Origin: Adineta vaga
Taxonomy: Eukaryota > Animalia > Rotifera
Assembly (NCBI GenBank): GCA_021613535.1
Contig: CP075497.1
Coordinates: 13,516,001-13,580,000, forward strand
Reading direction: 5' to 3'
Length of the DNA stretch: 64,000 nt
The translations under genes were made by a program, and so were the position numbers. The notes beneath the pieces were generated by a model. That model did not search any database. It was not told the DNA's origin and worked only from the letters and a program-made list of their open reading frames with translations. Of this stretch, positions 52,314-62,700 are shown piece by piece. The number at the start of each line of letters is the position of its first letter. Within the stretch, counting starts at the first letter, position 1.

Positions 52314-54555
52314 GTGAAAAAGAAAGAGAGAAAAGTTGTTTCACAAACAATCTTGTCTTCAACACAACAACAATGTATTTGTGAAATGTTGAAATCTAAT
52401 AATTACATTTCAGCACTGAATTACTTTTCTACAACTCAAATCTGTCAATTATTTTCATCATCTGTTGTTTCATTTGATCTTGAACTCAGTTCAGATTCAA
52501 TTGTAGTTTATACAAATCAATCAACAATTGCAAATATGTTCAGTAAGTTTATTCTCGTTGATACTTGTGTTTATAGTGTTTCTGTGCAAAAAGAAGAAAT
52601 ATTTTCTCGTTCAGATAAATGTAATCAAAAGAAATTCCTTAGTAACATAAAGAGAAAAGAATAAATACTTAAGAGACAGCCCACGGCTTACTCAAGCATT
52701 CCAGTCACACAAAAATTTCTGAGCCCTCCCCCTCCTTTTCTATCATTGCAAATGAAAGAGGATGTGAAGAAACCTCTGAATTCAAAGCCATAACATGTTT
52801 GAAATGATTTATTAGTCGTTTCGGGAAGCACCTTCTTCAACAGGTCGAAATTATAGTTTCAGATATTTTGAGCTTATAGTGTTCCGAGTATTTGACCATT
52901 TGCCCCCTTGGATACGCCACTGATCGGAACACTATAAGCTCAAAATATCTAAAACTATAATTTCGACCTGTTGAAGAAGGTGCTTCCCGAACCCAGTAAT
53001 AAGTCACTTCAAATATGTTAAGACTTTGAATTTAGAGATTTCTTCACATGCTCTTTCATTTGTAATGGTAAAAAAAAGGGGCCGGCTCAGAAATTTTTTT
53101 GTGACTGGATTGCTTGAGCGAGTCGTGAACTGTCTCTTAAATACATTGTATTTTGTTTGAATTTATTGTCAGGAAAGAAAAGGTAAAAAATAGAAGATAA
53201 AAAAACTCATGTGTCTTAAAATTCTAATTATAATAAAAGCCCTATGTCTCAAAAGGAACAACAACAGCTTCAACATCAACATCAACTACAACTTCAGTTC
53301 TACGAAGTAAGTGATATATTTTTTGATAATGTAAAATAGTCGAAAGAATAGTCATATCTAATCATTTGTTCTTTTATCGTTAATTTGCGATGAATAAGTG
53401 TTCAGTGAAATTCAACTGAACAGTTCGTTTTGACTATGCTTCTATCTTTCCTATAAAGTGATAAAAAAAATTATGAAAATAAACAAATTTTTTACATTTA
53501 GTCTATACTTAATTAGAATATTCTGAAAAGAACTAAGTGTTACACATCTATTTTGTTTAGAATGGACAACTATAAAAAACATGAGTACTCCACGATATTT
53601 TCACACCGCGTCGATATTATCCGATGGAAATGTGTTAGTTGCTGGTGGATTTAGTGAAAGTGGTTATCTCAATAGTTCTGAATTATATAATGTTACTAGT
53701 GATAATTGGACAACTAAAGGCAACATGAATGTCGGACGTCGTCTGCACACAGCATCTATGCTAGCAAATAGCCAAATATTAGTCACTGGTGGGTACCGTA
53801 GCGGTGGTGCTATATCCTCTGCTGAATTGTATGATGCATCAGCAAAAACATGGTCGATGACAGGAAACATGAGCACATCACGATATTATCATATAACATC
53901 TGTATTGACCAATGGATATGTGTTAGTTACTGGTGGAGTTGGTAGTAGTGCTGCAAATAGTGCAGAAATGTATAATCCATCAACAGGCACATGGATCTGG
54001 ACAACAAACATGAGTAGTTCGCGATATTATCATACAGCAACTGTGTTATCAAATGGAAAAGTGTTAGTTAGTGGTGGATGGTATGGTAGTACTGCTAGCA
54101 ACGGCACAGAGTTATTTGATCCATCTACAGGCACTTGGACACAAGCAGCAAGCATGAATATTGCACGACATTATCATGCAGCATCCTTATTAACTGATGG
54201 CTCAGTGTTAGTTACTGGAGGAGTTAATCTAAGTATTTCTTTCAGTAGTGCTGAAATATATAATCCCACAACAGATACTTGGACATTCACAAGTAATATG
54301 AATGTTGGGCGAAACTGTCATTCAGCAAGCGTATTAGCAAGTGGAAAAGTATTGGTGACTGGTGGATTGTTAGGTAGTATATCTCTCAATAGTGCTGAGT
54401 TGTACGATCCATCTACTGGACTTTGGACATTTACGGACAACATGACTATTCCTCGACGTTGTCACATAGCCATTGTATTAGCAAATGGAGCAGCTTTAGT
54501 TACGGATAGTTATAATGCCAGTTATCTTAGTAATGTTGAACGGTACAAGGAATGA
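52314..54555 (+). CDS. Kelch beta-propeller protein with probable PAN/apple-like N-terminal exon and Thr-rich linker
   Basis: ORF 53581-54555 has about 7 repeats of M...R..HTA..L.NG.VLV.GG......SAELYDP; upstream exon-like pieces QCICEM....SALNY....CQLF (52370-52430) and TTTASTSTST (53237-53306, GT donor). 5' structure is tentative. Confidence 0.75.
52673..53136. mobile_element. Foldback MITE with TTAA target duplication (Kolobok-type termini)
   Basis: TTAA|GAGACAG ... CTGTCTC|TTAA; ~210-bp arms are inverted copies around a ~38-bp spacer. Confidence 0.88.
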
Positions 54556-55002
54556 AAGTCAACAAAACTAAAACATGTCTTTTTCTTCTTGTTGAACTAA
54601 CAAAACTGTTTTCAATTTAATCAAATTATTTAATCATAAATGATTCTTTTCTTCAAAAATTTTATTTTCACTCTAACGTTAACCGGAGAAATTTCATTTT
54701 ATCAAAATAAATATTCAACAAATCTGTATTGTCTTTAAGATCTTTTTGCTTTTGCAAGAAAGTTTCTACAAGCATAATTAGATCTTGATTTTGTTGAGAT
54801 GGTTTTCAGCTGATATGTCGGAATTCTGATAAAAGAATAACAATCAAACAAATATATTTTACGATTGATACGCTGATGAAAAATAATGACTACGCAATTC
54901 AGAATTGTCAATAATTCATCAGAAATAAACGTGCGTTGAACACATGCTGTTAATTCTTTCGATTCTTATTATCTGATGGATTATCTTCATGATGTACTTT
55001 AA

Positions 55003-55950
55003 CCCTTTCCAGCCGGATGTTGCCATTTGGCAACATTTTACCAATGTCAATATAAATTTTATCTTAAAATGATGAGATATAGTTTTCTAAGTCGTTTGAT
55101 AAATAACTATACGTATTTTAGTACAAATATATGCCTTTGAAAGAAAGGAACAGTCTACTGTTGGCGAGTGGGATGAATTCTCTCGAAACGTCCAAGAGAG
55201 CTCCTGAATGGAAATGATCCCTTTATCGTTTGGCCAAGCATTTCATCCGAGAAGTGACTGGTGCTTAGTTTTCCTCTCTAACTCCATTATCTGTTAGACT
55301 TATAACATGAATTAATTAGCATCATTTATTTTTTTTAGAGTTCAATATTTGATGATAGTTCTATTATATATTGTCAGCGAAAGATATTGATTCATCTGTT
55401 CATGAGTGTTATGATGTATATTTGATTATGCTCGAAAACCGATCGAATTATCATAATTTTCACCAATTTCACTATAAAGACTCACCTAATGAGTAAGTTT
55501 CTAACAAGATTTACAGCATATCACAGTGTCTTCACACAGAGTATCATAAAGCATTACAAATCTTGTTAGAAACTTACTCACTAGATGAGTCTTTATAGTG
55601 AAATTGGTGAAAATTATGATAATTTGATCAGTTTTCGAGCATAATCGAAATATATTACATCATAACGCTTCATGAGATAGACAGATGAACTCAATATGCT
55701 TTCCTTTGACAATATATAATAGAACTATCATCAAATTATTGGGCTCCTAAACAGGAAAAATAAGTGACTTGTCCTATCTGTTTGTACCCTCACGGCCGGA
55801 TGTTGCCAAATGGCAACATATTGATATACGGCTCTGTTTCAGTTCTTTGAACTTGTGAATGAAATATGGTAACATCCATACAGAAAACACAAAGAATATG
55901 CAATATTAACATTTCTTTCTTGTTCTCTTCTGGTAGCCGGCCGGAAAGGG
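55003..55950. mobile_element. piggyBac-like non-autonomous element
   Basis: TTAA|CCCTTTCCAGCCGG ... CCGGCCGGAAAGGG|TTAA; palindrome TGTTGCCATTTGGCAACA near both ends; large internal inverted repeat (~55345-55515 vs ~55555-55735). Confidence 0.88.
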
Positions 55951-56202
55951 TTAACATGATATTTTCTTGCTTATTCTTTTATGGACGAGTATATAAACGC
56001 GTGTTTTGTATGAGAACGATGCGATTTAAGAGGTAGAAATAAATAAAGGCGTAGTTTTATCAAAAATCGTCACACATGTTTTCGCACGTTTTATTTCATA
56101 TTACCGGGATTTTCATCGATTGAATTTGACAAAAAAAAAGATTTTAATTGATTTTTTTGCCAATCAAAAATCGAATGCGAGTTGCGGGTATGAGTAGAAC
56201 CC

Positions 56203-56246
56203 GCCATGATCGGCTTCGACTGAATTTCACAGTCTCGTCAGATGAC
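56203..56246 (-). ncRNA. Minimal type I hammerhead-like motif (variant core)
   Basis: GTCAT CTGACGA GACTG TGAAATT CAGTC GAAG CCG ATC ATGGC: stem I GTCAT/ATGGC, perfect stem II, AUC cleavage triplet; GAAG instead of GAAA. Confidence 0.6.
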
Positions 56247-56342
56247 TTAATTGAAAGATTTATTTGAAAGAAAAATAGATTTAGATTGTGTGATTGGAAA
56301 GAAAAAGTATCATAGAAAGATATGGTTGAATTGAAAGAATGG

Positions 56343-56922
56343 CTATAGTGTGGTTGATAATTTAGTTGCTGTCTTGATATTTTCATGATTCATACAGACC
56401 ACTCTGTATTGGATTTTCGGATGTTTGCATATCCATTCGGAAGCAATTATAGAATGACTAATAATACAGGCAAAGATTAGTAGAAGATAGCGTGGCCTAG
56501 AGAAAGAATTATATATAGGAAAATTATTACTTTTTAATCTTTCAATAATAGTGTTATGATGTATTTGTGAAAAGAGAAGAAAGTGTATTCGTACAAATTC
56601 ATTTTATAAAGGTGAGAATAAATCTGTCGTTATCTTACCAATCGAACTCTGTATCAAACAACCTGTCGTACAATGTTTTCCGACGCATTGGGTTCGATAC
56701 ATGGTGAATAGTATGGAGGAAATTTGATTGAGTTGTTTCAGTTAGATTCAGACTTTGATTCCATTGGAATTTTGTAGGATCATATGTAGATGGGAATAAA
56801 AGCAGTTGGTCGATTGATAGATCTGTTGTATCATTGATAAGAACACGAGTTTCACAATGTCTAGTAAGATAGAATTGAGCAAAAAGAGTTACTAGAATTT
56901 TTGTATAACGGTGGAATTGCAT
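56343..56922 (-). CDS. Small two-exon ORF, possible signal peptide and hydrophobic segment (retroelement cargo)
   Basis: Intron 56497-56638 (GT-AG) joins ..TEFDW to PRYLLLIFACIISHSII..STTL*. Confidence 0.4.
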
Positions 56923-57105
56923 TTTTCTATTGGTGAATGACGAGATTGATCTAGAGAGAAGAAAGGAATTTCTATAGAAATGTTAAACAAAGCAGCTTCA
57001 TTGAGTTTTATTATGTGAAATAGTTCTATCGACTATGGAAAAAAAGAATTAGATAATTATAGAAATGAATTAATTTTGAGAGAAATTGTTGAATTGGAAA
57101 AATGA

Positions 57106-57528
57106 TCAAACAATAGGATATAAATCTTTATATCTTGGTGGATCGGTTGATGGCATATTATCATATACAGGAGTTGAATCTGTTATGTCATGATTATCAG
57201 TTGATATCGTCTAATAGAAAGAAATTTTGAATTATTGTAGTAGAAGAGTAGAAAAAAATTAACTGACTGAATTATATTCCATGAAACCATTGTAGTTTTC
57301 ATAGATTAAATTTTGATTGTAATTGTTTGCTGATGAACAAAATGTAATTGATTTCCAAGTTGTACATATGAATAACCATATAAGTATCAGAATTACTAAG
57401 ATTACTGCAAACTTTTTTAAGTATTCGACTAAGTATAAGAGAAATAAATGTTTATCGGATGTAGATACATCTAAATCTTTGCAATCCTTCACATCTCTAA
57501 ATGTCAATCTTTGTAGTAGATAACACAA
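57106..57528 (-). CDS. Small single-pass membrane ORF ending in a PPxY motif (retroelement cargo); start unresolved
   Basis: TM FAVILVILILIWLFI; phase-0 splice to exon 57106-57210 TISTDNHDITDSTPVYDNMPSTDPPRYKDLYPIV*. A candidate first exon at 57599-57669 splices out of frame. Confidence 0.45.
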
Positions 57529-57801
57529 ATAATAAATTCACTAAAAGGAAAATCTTTTCACATTTTTAACAATTCAAAAAAAAATCATATATACATACTC
57601 ATATTTAATAATAATGCCATAGAGTGGTATGTAAAAGAAGGAATTGACAAAGAAAAGAAAATTAACCATTTGATCAATCTTGACAATTAAATTGGATTTT
57701 GAAAATATACTTTATATCTAAAATATTTCAAAGTCTAAGATTCAAGTACTAATTAGTAATAGATAAATAAAGACAAGCAAGTTATTTTTAAAGGTTTCTT
57801 A

Positions 57802-59790
57802 TTAGAAGATGATTTCTGATTTATTGTATAGTAAGAATTTGTTTGGACGCTTATGGGTAAGTTCGTTTCTAGCATCTCGACGATTACGACTACCGACAAT
57901 CATCTTAACTCCAGCTGCTGGTGTTTTCCGAAAGACATTTTCATATACTCGATGCATGTCTCGTTTAAATTTACGAAATCTTTTTTCATGTTTGTAATGA
58001 ATGAAGAATCGATCTTGGAACTGTTGGACATTTTCTTTCTTCTTGGTTGTCGACAGAATATTTTTTATCAATTTCGAGTCATTTGTTTGATCATTCTCTA
58101 CATTAATTGAAGCTATTCTTCGTACGACCTGCGATTGACTGGCAGTTGGTTGAGCCAAAGTTTTTTGACACAACAAAACAAATTGTCCTGTTTTACTAAT
58201 GATTGGTAAGAATGAAAATTTATTGATATATCCCATGAAATATTTCTGAAATCGATTTTCAATATATGACGAAGGGTAGCTGAAATAAAATGATTAAAAG
58301 CGAGAAGGTTTACACTTTTTTTTAGAACTAAGGAAATTGAATACTTACCCGTTGAATAATAACATGAGTTTTATATGACGTCGTTCTTCATTAAATGCTT
58401 CAAATGTTGATGAATATCGAATAGCTCGTGCCAAAGCAGTTTCAATGATATTTGCACATACAGATGGATGATGATCAGATGTAAATGGTACAACATATGG
58501 TTCAGTAGTTGGTTTATGATAAACTGATGTTGCAAGAATACCATCTTTATTCGTCAACAGTACATCAAGAAATGGAAGACTTTGACTAATTTTGTATTCA
58601 AGTTTAATATTCGGATGCCATTGATTAGCTTCATCTAAGAATCTTCGTAGTTCTTGTTCCGATTTATTCCATGTTATGAAAATATCATCAATATACCTAA
58701 GAAGATAATAAAAGTTATAATTAATCTTTCTATATTTTATGATATATGTACCTGCCAAAGAATTCTCCAGTAATATCTTGACGACGAACAAATTCTTTTT
58801 GCCATTTCCACATAAAGATATTAGCTAAAGTTAATGTAAATGATGAGCCCATTGCACCACCTGTTGTTTGCTTGTATATTTTGTTACCATAGATAAATAC
58901 ATTTTCTTTAATTACAATTGAAGCCAATTTTCGAATTGTATCAAGAGCAATTCCTTTCACTTTCCTATAACCATGAACATGTAGAAATTCAACAAGAATA
59001 TTCAATGCTTCATCCTGTGGTAACATTGTATATAAATTACGAATATCAAATGTACAGAAAAGTGTAGATGGTTTAAAGACACTTGTTCTAATGTATTTAT
59101 TCATGCGTCTAATCAGATGAGCACCATCAATAATAGTGGTAGTATAACAATGTTTATCAAATAATGGACGAATAATCTTATCGAGAAAATTTGATATTTT
59201 TGTTGTTGGAGCACGAATTGTATTTTCAATTGGTCTAACTGGTATCTTATCCTAAATACAAAACAAGATGTAATTATGATTATTCCAAAATGTGTATTAC
59301 AACACCTTATGTGTTTTAGGATTGAAATATAAATGAGCTAATTCACATTTGATTCGATTAGGCATCATTATTTCATACTGCCATTTTAAAATGAGTTTTT
59401 TCGAATAAAAACTATTGAGTAATTGAATAACTTTATTTAAAATTTCATCGTATGGATTCTCTGTTAATTCTACGAAAGCATTTGTATCAGAAAAGAATTG
59501 TTGACCTTTCTTTTCAAATTCATTAGCTGGTCCAATATAAAAATGATGACCTTTATCAGTGAGACGAATAACTAGCTTATGTTGTATAATCTTCTTTCGA
59601 ATGGATGCAACAAGTTGAGCTTGTTCGTATGCTTGTATTCTATCTTTGTATGGTACTGATGTGAAATAACATTGACGAAGATAATCGAGAAGTTGTTGAG
59701 AATAATCTTGAAAGATATGAGCAGTTCGTGGTATTTGGTGAAATTCGACAAGATAATTTTGAACCTTGGTAAAAATATCATGATGTTCAT
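57802..59790 (-). mobile_element. Athena-type Penelope-like reverse transcriptase with three introns, no GIY-YIG endonuclease
   Basis: TDKG, LYFNPKTHK|DKIPVRPI, FDIRNLYT, YKQTTGGAMGS, R|YIDD, FLDVLL, VYHKPT, NG|YP. Introns 59252-59305, 58697-58751, 58280-58348 (GT-AG) restore one open frame; 5' end cut by the Helentron. Confidence 0.92.
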
Positions 59791-59795
59791 TTTTT

Positions 59796-62700
59796 GTGTA
59801 CTCAAAAAGTGAGTACACTACTAGAAACGGTCAGTGTGTCCGCCCGTCCGTCCGTCCGTATACACGATAACTTTCGAAAGAAGAGGCAGACCGAGCTGAA
59901 ATTTTGTGCATAGTCCAGTCTCATCAATATCTCGGTCGAGTTCGAAGATGAGCCCAATCCGATATACTATTACCGAATTACAGTAGAAACATCCATATTT
60001 TCTATACTCATAGAACGAAGAAAGGAACGTTTTCCTACCGGTCAGCTCGTTATGTATTAACTTTATAAAAAAAGCTGTCATTACCAAACTTGCGATAGTG
60101 ATTGTTTAGGTCTAAGGAAATGTCAATATGACGGCTAAATTGTTAGAAAGGGTCAGAAGGGGGTACCTGGGTGAGTTTCACCCAGATGACCTTTCAGTTA
60201 ATCATCACTTTGTGTAATAGTTACTGTCACTAAACTTTTATAATAATTATACAGATTCAAAGTAAGATCAATATAATGCTAGAATCACTAGCAATGGACA
60301 GTAGGGTGTGCCCGGGTGAGGTTGGGTGAACCTCATCCACCCTCAAACGTTACAATAGATATTCTTCTGAGTGATAACTACTATTATCGAGCTTTTCATA
60401 GTAACTGCTTAAATCTGAAAGAGTCTTAATATAACGCCAGAATCACTAACAAAGGCGAGAAGGGAGTATCTGGGTGAAATTCACCCAGGTGATCCTTCAA
60501 TGAAGGATCGTTGTATATTTCGTTCAAACTGACTGTGTATTGGTTAGTATTATCAAAGTCAAAATGACACATCTCTGGGTTGAGAAGAGAGTCGATATTG
60601 AGTTGATACCATTGAGAAGAATGGCCAGACGGTAATTGAGTATTCCTGCATGAGAGTAAACAATTTATCGTATTGCAAAGAACTCATATCTTAGTAGTAT
60701 ATGTGTACAATATTCGTTAGCTCTCTGTAGAGCCAATGTGATTTCTATGTAGTCGAAAGGTAAAACTGATGATGGATCAATCTTGATTGATATGCCTGAA
60801 AAATCATCCTTGAGCGCACTAAGGAACCACCCCTTAGGCCCTGCGGATGCCCTCTTTTTGTCCCATAGAACGTGGCGAGGAGTTAGTTCCACCAAAATAA
60901 TTACTTCTATCCAGAAAAAAATTGTTTTTATCGGTTTTCTACATCTTTATATATAATGGAAGCCTTTCTATGCTATAGGCATGTTTATTAGATCGAAATG
61001 CGGTACAAACTGATGAAGATTTTCTTGACAAGGTAAAAGAGCATCGTAATGGGTACCGGTATCATAAACAAAGTCCTATTTTGTTTCTGTCTGATTCATA
61101 TCCAAGATATATTAAATGACCACCTGCTGTTCGCTTCTTAAATCGATCAAGTAATTCCTGTACACTGATATTTGATGGAATAAAATGCATGTTTTCTGGA
61201 TTTGAATGCTTATTAAACTTTATATATGAATATATAGGACGAGATAATGCTATAGATAGAGCTTGAATTTGCACTTCTCCTCCCCATATTCGATGCGTAG
61301 CAGTTCTTTCCAACTGTTTTTCAAATGAATATCCCAGTATGTTACAAAGTTTTTGGAAATAATTCTTATTATGTATCATTGCATTAATTGCCAACAATCT
61401 CATCGAATGTGTTAGTTTCTCAGCGCCAACATTCAATATCGAAAGAGAACTGTATAAACCATTTCCATCTGCAGTCGTATGTGTTCGAGCATAAACTGAA
61501 TCAAATGCTCAACCAGGATATTCTGCTCTTGTTTGTAACTGTACGGATTTATCTTTATTTTGCATAGTTATAAACGGTGATTTTTCGATTAAATCAGTAA
61601 TTATTCGAGCTTGACTTAAAATTTGATCAATGTCGATATCATTGTCAAAACCTAATTTACAAAAAAAAACGATTAAGAATTTTCTTTGGTTGTAAGTCAG
61701 TGATTTGAAACTCCTCTGAAGAAGAGTTTTCTTCAATTTCCATCATATTAGATGGTTCATTAACGCTAAGATCTTCTAATTGTACAGACATATCTAAGTC
61801 AATATGTTCGTTTTCATCGACCGTCACATGATGGTCAAAAGTGAATTTCTCATAAACTTCCATCGTGTCAAATTGATCATCATCTATAACATCATCAACA
61901 GTATTAAACGACATATCTGTACGATCGTCTTCGGTTTCAACAGGATGAACCATGGTCAAAACTTTGTGTTTTCTCATCCATATTGGTTTATGAAAACTTG
62001 TTAAACTTTCAAAATAATCAGCTTTCAAACCATTCACATTAGTGAAACAATAGTCAATCTGTGTTTTAGCATTAGTCGAACTTTTATCTAGTTTATTAGT
62101 TAAAGTGAGTCCGAATGATTCCATATATTTGATAAACTTATGATTGATTTTCGTCTTCAAGTCTATATTGAAATCACCAACAACAACTATACTTTCACAA
62201 ACTCGTTTAGAAATAGGAATAACTTCGTCAATATGTCGTTTTAGGACATCAAATGATGAATTTGGTGAATTATAAACAGAAATTATACAAATATCATCAA
62301 CTTTTATTGAAGAATATTCAATATGATCTTTGCCTGAATATTCATCTTTCGGCAATAACTTCGAACTTCAAGTGGTTTTTCAAATAAGTAATTTGACCGA
62401 ATGGTTTTCGTACATCATGACAATGACGTCTGTGAATTATCTTAAAACCTTCAATTTCTAAGTTGTCAATAGGTTTCGTCCATGTTTCAACAAGACTGAT
62501 TACGGATGCAGACAAACGTTTTGTCAGATTTGACATCTAAAAAATGTTTATTCAATGATTGCACATTATGAAACATAATGGAGAATTTGTTCTCTTCAGA
62601 TTCTTCAGGAAATTCAAGCGAAAATTTCAACATTCGCTCGGATCTCATACTTTTGAACATCAACGCCACTGCATCATTACGTTCAGGTGGTTTTGGTGGA

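Noticed and set aside
59821-59824. CTAG followed by T as a canonical Helitron 3' end
   Set aside because: Non-Athena sequence with a hairpin continues to ~59796, which fits a Helentron-type end better.
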